Source: an uncultured Alphaproteobacteria bacterium
Lineage (GTDB): Bacteria; Pseudomonadota; Alphaproteobacteria; Methylaequorales; Methylaequoraceae
Length of the DNA stretch: 62,099 bases
Direction: 5' to 3'
Assembly: GCA_902625895.1 (NCBI GenBank)
Contig: CACODD010000003.1
Coordinates: 1-62,099, forward strand
A program made the position numbers and the translations under genes. Shown here piece after piece: positions 7,926 through 16,941 of this stretch; the first letter of the stretch is position 1; every line of letters starts with the position of its first letter. The notes below the pieces were generated by a model. It did no database searches. It had not been told where the DNA came from and was given only the letters and a program-made list of their open reading frames with translations.

Positions 7926-9623
7926 TTATTTTTTTTGTTTAAATTGTATATATAGTCCCATTAGGAGTACAGCAAGAATTGGACAAATACTTGCCATTGA
8001 TAGAATACCAAAACCTTCAGTGGCGGATACAGCATTTCCTAGACCCAGACCCATAGCCAGAACAAGTGGTACGGTTACCGGGCCGGTTGTGACTCCAGCG
8101 CTGTCCCAGGCGACATTAACAAATTCTTCAGTTGAAAAGTAAGTTAAAATAATTGCAAGAAGATAAAGTGGTATTAAAACGGTTGCTAAGTCAAAAGCAA
8201 ATACAATTTTTCCAACACCTAAGGCTATCCCAAATGCAACACCCCCGGCAACGCTATACATTAACATTGACTTTTTGAAAGCACCATTGGTAAGCTCTTG
8301 AACTGTCAAACCAAGGGCATTAAGTGCTGGCTCAGCAAGTGTTGCTCCAAATCCTAAGAGCCAAGCAAAAAGAATTACTATAGTTAAACCCAATAATTCG
8401 TTATAAATTGGTGATACTTCACTTATTGGGACTTCCATAAAGGCAGCAGGAAGATTGGTTCCAGCTTGTCCACCTATAGCTCCTAAACCATATGTGAGTC
8501 CTATATTGAAGACACACATCCCAACAATGGACAAAGTTAACCCATAAGTTGTTATCATGTTGTTAGGAAGTTTAGATCTAAGGATTATAAAAAGCACAAT
8601 CATTAAAAATATCACAAGTGGAAGTATCGCTCGAACTCCTCCAATAATTTCAACAAACGGGGTTTGTGACCATTTAGAAACCTCTCCTATGGTCATATCT
8701 GAAACCATACTAGTCGAAGCAATTATTTCCTCAACTGAGATTGTCTGAGAAACATGTATAGCGAGAATCAGAACAGCTATAATTGGAAATAATGAAGCCA
8801 TTGTAACGACGCCGAAACCAGAAAGAGATGAATCTCCTTTACCAGCTGATGCTGCAATTCCAATACCTAGTGATAGCACAAGAGGTACAGTAACTGGTCC
8901 AGTTGTAACAGCACCACAATCCCAAGCTAATCCGAGAATAGTTCTTAAATCAGGATTACTCCATACATATGCAGTAAGAATTATTGTTGGTGTAAGAGCT
9001 GCATAAATCATAGGTTTTAGAGACCAACCTTTGACAAACCTAATCGTTCCAATTATGGCTGCTAGTCCAACACCAGCACCGACCATTACAACTAAGGTTT
9101 CACTTCTATTATTTAGTATCTCATACAGATACGGTGCGTCCTGAGGGTTTATTGATGAACCAAATGCTTTGAGTGCTCCAATAGCTGGTTCCGCATAAGT
9201 TACCCCCACCCCAAGTATTCCAATAATAATTAAAACAAGAACCATTGGTGCTTTTTTTGGTAATGTATCACCAATTACATTGCCAAATGGCATTAAACCG
9301 GTTTTAAGACCTTCCATAAAAATTGCTAGGCCTATTATTACTGCAATTAATCCTAGACAAATTGTTGTCGCTGAAGAGATTGGTTGTCTTAAAATTAAAA
9401 GTTGAAACAGAAATAAATATGCTGCAAGTGGAACAACAGCTTTAATTTGTTCCATAACTCTAGAAATCGTGTAAGGTGCTAATAAAGTAAGTGCCTTGGC
9501 AGGTGATACTTTTATTTTCTGAGGCTTTAGTGATTTTCCTTTAGCTGCCTTCGGCGTAAGAAGGTTATAACTTAAAGATTTATGATTTATCTCTGATTCG
9601 TGAATGTAATCGGAATATTTCAT
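7926..9623 (-). CDS. Polytopic membrane protein with internal duplication (two DUF1538-like halves)
   Basis: The motif AWDCGAVTTGPVTVPLVLSLGIG recurs as AWDSAGVTTGPVTVPLVLAMGLG about 270 aa later. The protein has many TM segments. Confidence 0.7.
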   Translation of the reverse strand: MKYSDYIHESEINHKSLSYNLLTPKAAKGKSLKPQKIKVSPAKALTLLAPYTISRVMEQIKAVVPLAAYLFLFQLLILRQPISSATTICLGLIAVIIGLAIFMEGLKTGLMPFGNVIGDTLPKKAPMVLVLIIIGILGVGVTYAEPAIGALKAFGSSINPQDAPYLYEILNNRSETLVVMVGAGVGLAAIIGTIRFVKGWSLKPMIYAALTPTIILTAYVWSNPDLRTILGLAWDCGAVTTGPVTVPLVLSLGIGIAASAGKGDSSLSGFGVVTMASLFPIIAVLILAIHVSQTISVEEIIASTSMVSDMTIGEVSKWSQTPFVEIIGGVRAILPLVIFLMIVLFIILRSKLPNNMITTYGLTLSIVGMCVFNIGLTYGLGAIGGQAGTNLPAAFMEVPISEVSPIYNELLGLTIVILFAWLLGFGATLAEPALNALGLTVQELTNGAFKKSMLMYSVAGGVAFGIALGVGKIVFAFDLATVLIPLYLLAIILTYFSTEEFVNVAWDSAGVTTGPVTVPLVLAMGLGLGNAVSATEGFGILSMASICPILAVLLMGLYIQFKQKK

Positions 9624-9660
9624 AGTTTACCATAACATATTGTAGAAATTAATAAAATCT

Positions 9661-10128
9661 TTATTCAACATGACTTGTTGACCTCTCTAATCTGTAAAGA
9701 ATTTGTTTTGTTATTTTTTTTATTATTTGATTCTCTGACTCTATTATCTGATCTATTTCATCATGTGAATAAAGTACATTTTGAAACTCATTTCTTTTAG
9801 CAAGTTCTTTACATAAATTTAAAATTACCTTTTGGGCGGCCTTTGAACCAGAATTAATTAGCTCATCAAGATTTTCTTTACTAATAGATATTAACTCTGT
9901 AGATTGAGCTGATGTAATAGTTGCACTTCTGTTTTGTTTTAATATCAAAGCCATTTCACCAAAAACCTCTCCATCTCTCATAGATCCAACTTTTTTTCCG
10001 TCAACTAGTACATCAAGGACTCCAGAAACTATCATGTATGCTTTATCACCTTTGTCTCCTTGATTAAAAAGCGTCTCACCTTCTAACATCAAAATTTTTG
10101 TTGTTTTTCCATGACTAACTTCTTTCAA
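9661..10128 (-). CDS. Stand-alone cyclic-nucleotide-binding domain protein
   Basis: The phosphate-binding cassette FGEMALILKQNRSATITS is present. A short helical tail (QILYRLE) follows and there is no HTH. Confidence 0.8.
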   Translation of the reverse strand: MKEVSHGKTTKILMLEGETLFNQGDKGDKAYMIVSGVLDVLVDGKKVGSMRDGEVFGEMALILKQNRSATITSAQSTELISISKENLDELINSGSKAAQKVILNLCKELAKRNEFQNVLYSHDEIDQIIESENQIIKKITKQILYRLERSTSHVE

Positions 10129-10565
10129 GAAAATATCCTTTGAGATAATCTATAGTGAATCTGTAAAGCTAAAGCTCTTATTACGTTAGGAGAGTCCTTA
10201 GTTAGCTTTACAAGATCGGCTTTGGTAACTGGAAGTTTTTGGTTATCGGATTTTCCTAATTCCTTTGACATTTCATTAATTACTTTATGAAGATCTATGT
10301 TGGAGGATAATAAAATAGCTTCCAACGCCTTTCTTTTTATTTCAACGATTTCACTTGGTACAATAGCTTTTATACTCGCAGTTCTATTTTCATTAAGAAT
10401 TAAAGACAATTCTCCAAAGATTTCACCTGTTTCAATTTTCCCTATTTTTTTTCCTTCAATTTCTGCAACTAATCCACCTGAGACAACTAAAAAGGCTGTT
10501 TCTCCTTTATCTCCCTCTCGAACAATATATTGATCTGGAAGAACTCTTATCTTTTTTAAACTCAT
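10125..10565 (-). CDS. Stand-alone cyclic-nucleotide-binding domain protein (paralog of the next gene)
   Basis: FGELSLILNENRTASIKA cassette and a QIHYRLS tail. It overlaps the downstream paralog by 4 nt (ATGA). Confidence 0.8.
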   Translation of the reverse strand: MSLKKIRVLPDQYIVREGDKGETAFLVVSGGLVAEIEGKKIGKIETGEIFGELSLILNENRTASIKAIVPSEIVEIKRKALEAILLSSNIDLHKVINEMSKELGKSDNQKLPVTKADLVKLTKDSPNVIRALALQIHYRLSQRIFS

Positions 10566-10578
10566 TTAAACCTTTTTT

Positions 10579-12954
10579 TTATTTAGAAGTTGCAACAAAA
10601 ACACCATCCCAATCTTTTGGGGGAGGATGCTTTTTATATTCATTAATTCTTTCTGTCATCATTTCATAGTAATCTTTCATTAAACTTTTACAAAGTGTTT
10701 TTGCCTGAGTCATTTCCTCGATAGCATCTTTCCAATTTTGATTAAAATAGAGATTTAAAACATTTTTATGCTTTTTTTCAAGATTTTTGAAATCAACACT
10801 ATTTTTAAAACTTGGATCACCAAGCAAACAAAAAATTGATACAGCTTCTTTTTTTCCTTTTACTGCTAACATATCAAGTTGGAGCGTAGCATAAGTATCT
10901 TTAACAGCATCGTTTGTTTCTTGCCCAATAACTGTTTTAACTCCATAACCTTTTGATTGACCTTCAAGACGTGATGCTAGATTGACTGCGTCTCCCAATA
11001 CTGAATAGTCAAATCTTTGATCTGACCCCATATTTCCAACAACACAACCTCCAGTATTTAGTCCAATTCCAATTTTCAATTCCAAAAAATCTTTATTTTC
11101 TGACTTTGCTTCCTGTTCTCTTATATCGTTAAGTTCCTTAAGTGCTTTGTGCATGCTCAATGCTGCTTCACAAGAAACTTGCTCGTGTTTATCGACATCT
11201 ATAGGTGCATTCCAAAAAGCCATAATACAATCACCCATATATTTATCTATTGTTCCATTTTTATTTATGATTTCATTTGTAAGAGGAGTTAAAAATCTAT
11301 TTATAAGTTTTGTAAGGCCTTGAGGATCGGATTTAAAAGCTTCTGAAATTGTTGTAAAACCTCTTACATCACAAAAAAGAAATGTCATTTTTTTTGTTTC
11401 TCCACCCAACACTAATTTATCAGGATCTTCAGCTAATTGCTCTACTAAAGCAGGGGATAGATATTGAGAAAATGCACCCCTTATTTGTTTTTTCTCATTG
11501 GCATCTCGTAAGTAGTTTGCAAAGGTGTTACTAAAATAAATTACAAAAGTTGTTACACCTGCAAAGGTTGGATCAAATAAAGTTTTATGTTCAGTAAATA
11601 ACCTTACACTAATATAAAATGCAGAACTTATTATGGTTACAAGTAATGAAATATTTACAATTGGACCAAACCTTAATGCAGACACTGTAATAAATAATGC
11701 AAGCAAAATTGTAAAGAGTGCTTCATAAAATTTCATATTTGCACCAGATTTCAAAAAAGGTGATCCTGAAATTTTAACTTTGTTTTTTTCAATTATTGCT
11801 TCTTCTTCACTTAAACCTTTTTTTAATGCTTCTTTATAAACTTTTTCAGAATTTTTTGTAGATGTATAATAAAGAATTGCTGAAATGACTGTATCAATAA
11901 GATTTGCATGAATTTCAACACCTGGCATTCTTTCATCGACTGGAGTGGGTCTAATATCCTTTAATCCAGTGGCCGATGTGCCTAATATACCAAGTTTTCC
12001 TTGTAATCTATCTTTGCCAACCCTTCCTTTAATTATATCCACTGCACTTACATAATATCTTGATTTACCTTCTTTAACTTTTCCAGCATCTGAATCACCA
12101 TAATAAATCCACACTCTACCATTCTCATCAGTCGGAATAGCAGCATTACCAATAGCTTTAGTTTGAATTATTATTTCTTTAATTCCCGTCAAACCTGTCC
12201 TAGTGGCAATACTATTTCCTTGAAACGCAACCCTTATCATATCAAGTCCAAGAGTTGGTCTGATTTCACCTGCAACATTTGATATTAAGGGTACTCTTCT
12301 AATAATTCCATCTGGTTCCTGTGCAACTGAAACTGTACCAGATCCAGAGGCAGCTTTTTCAAACTCTGTCACATTAGCAAGTAATCCAGGATAAGATATC
12401 AACCATTCCTTTGGATTTTTACCTTTGCCAACAAAAACTTTTACAGATGAATCGTTTATATCATTTCTGTTTGCATCACCTTCTACATCCAAGCCAGAGT
12501 GCCCGATTACTACAGGAAAGTCACTCATAGCTTCAGTGGCTAAAAACTCATTAGAAGGAAGTTCACTTAATAATTTTGCAATAGTTGGATTTCGTTTTTC
12601 TAAATCTTGAGAAATTAAGTCAGGTGAAGTTCTGTCTTTTTCTGCAAAGAGAACATCTAGACCTAAAACAAGCATACCTGACTCTTTAGATTTTTTAAAA
12701 AGATCAGCAAGTACAGTTCTTGGCCATGGCCATTGACCGATTTCTCTTAGAGATTTTTCGTCAATATCTACAATTACGGAGTAAGTTTGACCGTCTGTAG
12801 ATCTTGGAAATTTTTTTTGAAGAACATCAAAATATTTAAGTCGTAGAACTTCTACTATTTCAGGATCAGCTATTCGAATCAAACCAAAAAGAATTGCCAT
12901 TACTAAAGAGGCAATAGTAACAATAAGTCTAAAACTTAGCTTTAATTTAATCAT
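10579..12954 (-). CDS. CHASE2-domain class III adenylate/guanylate cyclase (Lys/Asp pair suggests adenylate cyclase)
   Basis: N-terminal TM, a large periplasmic-type domain, then 3 TM segments. The catalytic domain reads FLFCDVRGFT..DKYMGDCIMAFWNAP..FDYSVLGDAVNLASRLE. Confidence 0.9.
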   Translation of the reverse strand: MIKLKLSFRLIVTIASLVMAILFGLIRIADPEIVEVLRLKYFDVLQKKFPRSTDGQTYSVIVDIDEKSLREIGQWPWPRTVLADLFKKSKESGMLVLGLDVLFAEKDRTSPDLISQDLEKRNPTIAKLLSELPSNEFLATEAMSDFPVVIGHSGLDVEGDANRNDINDSSVKVFVGKGKNPKEWLISYPGLLANVTEFEKAASGSGTVSVAQEPDGIIRRVPLISNVAGEIRPTLGLDMIRVAFQGNSIATRTGLTGIKEIIIQTKAIGNAAIPTDENGRVWIYYGDSDAGKVKEGKSRYYVSAVDIIKGRVGKDRLQGKLGILGTSATGLKDIRPTPVDERMPGVEIHANLIDTVISAILYYTSTKNSEKVYKEALKKGLSEEEAIIEKNKVKISGSPFLKSGANMKFYEALFTILLALFITVSALRFGPIVNISLLVTIISSAFYISVRLFTEHKTLFDPTFAGVTTFVIYFSNTFANYLRDANEKKQIRGAFSQYLSPALVEQLAEDPDKLVLGGETKKMTFLFCDVRGFTTISEAFKSDPQGLTKLINRFLTPLTNEIINKNGTIDKYMGDCIMAFWNAPIDVDKHEQVSCEAALSMHKALKELNDIREQEAKSENKDFLELKIGIGLNTGGCVVGNMGSDQRFDYSVLGDAVNLASRLEGQSKGYGVKTVIGQETNDAVKDTYATLQLDMLAVKGKKEAVSIFCLLGDPSFKNSVDFKNLEKKHKNVLNLYFNQNWKDAIEEMTQAKTLCKSLMKDYYEMMTERINEYKKHPPPKDWDGVFVATSK

Positions 12955-14675
12955 GGTTCTGCAAAACTATTACCAAGAGTTCTTATGAGTGGATAAATAA
13001 AATACGTAATTAATCTTCTTTGCCCAACTCTAAACTTTCCTGAAACTTTCATTCCTGGCATTAAATTAAATCCTGGAGGAATATCTTTTAACTCATTTTC
13101 TGTTATTTGAGCCCTAGCTCTATAAAAATTTCCAGGTTTTCCATCGACATCTTTATCAATTGTGTCAGCAGAAACATAAATAAGCTTTCCTTTTAATTCA
13201 CCATGTTTTTGTGCTGGAAGAGCATTAAGTTGAATTTTAACAGATGTATCCGGAATTAGTTTACTAATATCAGAAGGGTCAACATCAAAAACAGTTAATA
13301 ACTCCACACCTGTTGGTACCAATGTTACAACACTTTTACCTGGTGTTATTACTGCTCCAGGGTATAGAGAATGAAGGTCTAGAATCATTCCGTCAGAAGG
13401 CGCTCTGACCACGACATCAGTTTGTTGTCTTTCAAGTTTTTTAACATCCTCTTGTAGCGACATTCTTTGATCTTCTAACCCAACAAGCTCATCGTTTATT
13501 CCTCCAAAAAATTGGCTGTTATATTCTTTTCTATTAGATTTTAATTCGCTTAGTTTATTGCTAGTTTTTGTAAATTCTTTTTCTAAAGATAACCTTTTAT
13601 TTTTTTCAGCTAAAACTTGTGACTCTGCTACAAGATCAAGTTCAAACAACTCCAACTTTGAATCTTCCAGCTGTTTTTGTATATCAAGTTGTTCCTTGAT
13701 AAACTTTAAATCGTCTTCAGTGGAACCTATTTGTTGATCTAATGAAGCAATCTTTGCTAAATATTGGTCTTTTTTATCTTTAAAGATTCGACTTTGTCTT
13801 TCGTCATTTGGATTTGCAACCGAAACATTATTTCTTAACAATGACTGCTTTCTTAGTCTATCAATTTTTGAATTTACAACTGAAAGCTGATAATCAAGTT
13901 TCATTTTATCGGCTCTTTGTAGTGTAGCATCGAAAGTTACGAGTGGGTCTCCTTGATTTACACTCTCGCCTTTTTTTACAAGTATTTCTTTGACAACAGA
14001 ATTATAGTTTGATTGTACCTCTACATTTGGGACAACGGTGGTAATCTTTCCAGAAGCAGAAATTGTAGTGTCAATTTCCGAAATAGTGCCCCAAGTAATT
14101 AAAAATAAAATAAGGAAACCAAATGAATAGACTGACATTTTTACTGAACTTGGTACCTGCTTTGTTTTAATTCTATCAATGTCGTCATCAAATTCATCTA
14201 ATAATTCACTCATCATTTTTTTTTTTGATCTATTTTCTTTTTCTTCCTCAGTTAAAACTTCTTCTTGATCTTTGTTATTCTCATTTTCATTTCCAGATTC
14301 AAAAGCATCCACAGATAATTTTTCGTTTGCATTTCTGGCATAGCTTGCAAGTTGCTGCATCATATTGAAAGCTGTTTGTGGAGAGTTTTTGAGATATCCT
14401 AGTAAAGCATTTTGATCAATTTCTTTTACCGTTGTCTCAACTGTCGCTCTTGCCATTGCACTTCTTGGTTGTTTGTCAATTAATGCCATTTCTCCAAACA
14501 ACGCACCTTTTTCAAGTATTGACAGAGTTACGTATTCGTCACCGTTGAATTTGCATACCTCTATTTTCCCTTTTACTATTTGATAGGCATAGTCACCAAC
14601 TTCACCTTCTCTAAAAAGCACATCACCAGCAGCTAAATTTCTAACAGCGGGTTGAATATTTTTTTTTTCAGCCAT
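12951..14675 (-). CDS. HlyD-family T1SS adaptor with N-terminal cyclic-nucleotide-binding domain
   Basis: Residues 1-125 form a cNMP domain (FGEMALIDKQPRSAMARA). An acidic linker and a TM follow. The rest has HlyD features (GKITTVVPN, coiled coil, GMILDL..PGAVITPG, RRLITYFIYP). Confidence 0.85.
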   Translation of the reverse strand: MAEKKNIQPAVRNLAAGDVLFREGEVGDYAYQIVKGKIEVCKFNGDEYVTLSILEKGALFGEMALIDKQPRSAMARATVETTVKEIDQNALLGYLKNSPQTAFNMMQQLASYARNANEKLSVDAFESGNENENNKDQEEVLTEEEKENRSKKKMMSELLDEFDDDIDRIKTKQVPSSVKMSVYSFGFLILFLITWGTISEIDTTISASGKITTVVPNVEVQSNYNSVVKEILVKKGESVNQGDPLVTFDATLQRADKMKLDYQLSVVNSKIDRLRKQSLLRNNVSVANPNDERQSRIFKDKKDQYLAKIASLDQQIGSTEDDLKFIKEQLDIQKQLEDSKLELFELDLVAESQVLAEKNKRLSLEKEFTKTSNKLSELKSNRKEYNSQFFGGINDELVGLEDQRMSLQEDVKKLERQQTDVVVRAPSDGMILDLHSLYPGAVITPGKSVVTLVPTGVELLTVFDVDPSDISKLIPDTSVKIQLNALPAQKHGELKGKLIYVSADTIDKDVDGKPGNFYRARAQITENELKDIPPGFNLMPGMKVSGKFRVGQRRLITYFIYPLIRTLGNSFAEP

Positions 14676-14680
14676 TTAAA

Positions 14681-16852
14681 TTACCCGGCCTTTTTTAAAG
14701 ATTTAATTTTGTTTTCAACACCTAAAATAGACATTTGCTTATTATACGTCTTACCAAAATAGCCTGAGGTCTGTCTAAGTTCTTCAAAAGAACCTTGTTG
14801 AGATATTTTTCCTTTTTCAAGTACAAAGATTTTATTACAAAGTCGAAGGTGCCAAACTCTGTTTGACACGATAATAATCGTTCTACCAAGAGCAATATCT
14901 GATAATGCATCATATAATTTTATTTCACTATCAACGTCAAAACCTGTGAAAGCATCATCTAGTATCATGATACGAGGGTTTCTAATAAGTGCTCTAGCGA
15001 TTGCTAGTTTCTGTCTTAAACCAGTTGCTAGGTTTGTAGCGTTTTCTTCAAGAAATGTTTCATATCCATCGGGATAAGACTCTATTTCTTCATGCGCAAA
15101 AACTTTTTTGGCAGCCCACGTTATCCTGTCCATAGAAGAATTTGGCATTGCACTTGCTATTGTTTCTCTTATTGTTCCAGGAAAAAAATAACTATCTGTT
15201 CCGACCAATGAAACCTGTGATCTTACATGACTAAGGTCCAGTAAACGAAGATCTATATTATCAAGGGCTACGATGCCAGCTTGCGGTCTATACAAACCTT
15301 GAATCAGTTTTGCAATGGTACTTTTCCCACAGCCACTTTTACCAGTGATACCAATTATTTGTCTTGGATTAATTTCAATATCAACATCATTTAATACTTT
15401 TGTATTATCGTCGTAGCCGAACTCAACATTTTTAAAAGTAACCTGTCCCATTAGTTGAGGTTTTTGGCCCTTAACAGTTGTTTCGGAGTTTGCATCCACT
15501 ATTCCTGATATGATCTGAAGAGACTGAACTAATTTTGTTATTTCTGTTTTAAGAGTAACTAGATCAATTATTGGTTTTGAAACTCTGCCGGCTAGCATAT
15601 TAAAACCTACTAAAATTCCAGCTGAAAGAGAACCAGAAAATACAAGATGCACCCCAACAAAAATGACCATCGCTGTCATTAGTTGATTTATGGTTGATGA
15701 AATGTTGTTTAAAACTGCTGACTTTTTTTGCATTTCTTCATTTGCAATAATATAATTAGCTTCCAAATCTCTCCACTGATCTTTTAAATTAGGCTCAAGA
15801 GCAAGTCCCTTTACATTCTCAATTCCGTTAACAGCAACAGAAATAAATTCTTGTCTTTTTGATTCAGCCTTACTTAAACCAGCGAGTGAGTCTCTTTGTT
15901 TTTTCGAGTAAAACATTGATGCTAAAGCTCCTAAAATACTGAATGAAAACACAACAATAAATAGTAATGGACTATAAAAAAATAAAATTGGAACAAAAAC
16001 AAGTAAACTAATTGAGTCTAGTGCTGTTGAGAAAACTTTTTGAGTCAGAAGGCTTTTGATCTGAGATATTTGACCTGTGAATCTCAAAAAAGTTGCTGAT
16101 TCTTTGTGAAACCTTTGCATTGGTAAAGCAATTAATTTTTCAAAAACTTTAACTGAAAGTTTGGCTTCAACTTTTTGTGAGAAAAAATCAAGAAGATATG
16201 ATTTTAAATACCCAAGTATTCCATTAAATACATACGCAACAACTACACCTGAAGTTATAACATATAAAGTTGAATAAGCTTCATAGTTTACAACCTTATC
16301 CAAAACTAACATCATGAAAACAGCCGGTATAACTGCGAAAATGTTTAAAATCAAAGCTACGATTACAACTTGAACCATAACAGATTTGTTCCTAAATGAC
16401 TCGCCAATTAACCATCCAATTTTTAATTCGCTGTCTTCTTCGAATTTTTTCAGTTTAGCTTTAAGAAGTATTACTTCTCCGTTCCAGCCTTTTTTTAATT
16501 CTTTTAAATTAATTTGTTGAGGTTTAGGACTGGTAACACCAGTATCAAGGCATAAAACTGACTTATCATCATCTTTTTCACCTTGAATAACTCTTAAAGC
16601 TATTATGTATCTTCCATTTTTAAGTCTTAAGATTTGTTGTTTTTTAGATAAGAGCTTTACTAGTTCTTTATCGCTAATTTTGGTTGCTTTTGCTTTTAAA
16701 TCAAAGGATTGAGCTAGTTCACACATTTCAGTGGTTCTAAGCTCTCTATCTTCAATTTGAAATCTTTCTGGAATATCATTTGGACCAATATGAACCCCTA
16801 GTTGTCTTGCAACTAGAATAATTGATTTTTGAGAACCTCGCATCGCTTCCAT
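14681..16852 (-). CDS. HlyB-like T1SS ABC exporter with N-terminal C39-like domain (no catalytic Cys) and non-canonical NBD motifs
   Basis: The N-terminus aligns by eye with the HlyB CLD (GPNDIPERF, LKAKATKISDKEL, GRYIIALRV). Walker A is GKSGCGKST. The signature reads LATGL, Walker B reads ILDDA and the H-loop reads SNR. Confidence 0.9.
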   Translation of the reverse strand: MEAMRGSQKSIILVARQLGVHIGPNDIPERFQIEDRELRTTEMCELAQSFDLKAKATKISDKELVKLLSKKQQILRLKNGRYIIALRVIQGEKDDDKSVLCLDTGVTSPKPQQINLKELKKGWNGEVILLKAKLKKFEEDSELKIGWLIGESFRNKSVMVQVVIVALILNIFAVIPAVFMMLVLDKVVNYEAYSTLYVITSGVVVAYVFNGILGYLKSYLLDFFSQKVEAKLSVKVFEKLIALPMQRFHKESATFLRFTGQISQIKSLLTQKVFSTALDSISLLVFVPILFFYSPLLFIVVFSFSILGALASMFYSKKQRDSLAGLSKAESKRQEFISVAVNGIENVKGLALEPNLKDQWRDLEANYIIANEEMQKKSAVLNNISSTINQLMTAMVIFVGVHLVFSGSLSAGILVGFNMLAGRVSKPIIDLVTLKTEITKLVQSLQIISGIVDANSETTVKGQKPQLMGQVTFKNVEFGYDDNTKVLNDVDIEINPRQIIGITGKSGCGKSTIAKLIQGLYRPQAGIVALDNIDLRLLDLSHVRSQVSLVGTDSYFFPGTIRETIASAMPNSSMDRITWAAKKVFAHEEIESYPDGYETFLEENATNLATGLRQKLAIARALIRNPRIMILDDAFTGFDVDSEIKLYDALSDIALGRTIIIVSNRVWHLRLCNKIFVLEKGKISQQGSFEELRQTSGYFGKTYNKQMSILGVENKIKSLKKAG

Positions 16853-16884
16853 GAGGATATAATATATTAATTTTTAATTTAATC

Positions 16885-16917
16885 AAAAAAAAAACCCCCT
16901 TAGAAACTCTAAGAGGG
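16885..16917 (-). terminator. Rho-independent terminator between the P/G/M/D-rich gene and the ABC exporter gene
   Basis: Minus strand: CCCTCTTAG-AGTTT-CTAAGGGGG (9-bp stem with one G-U) followed by T10. Confidence 0.75.
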
Positions 16918-16941
16918 TTTTTTATCTATAGAAGTATAGGT

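Noticed and set aside
14681-15100. Active C39 bacteriocin-processing peptidase, with a double-glycine leader (AVGG) in the neighbouring protein.
   Set aside because: The domain aligns with the HlyB C39-like domain and has no Cys at the catalytic position. The GG in the cargo candidate lies about 90 aa in, which is not leader-like.
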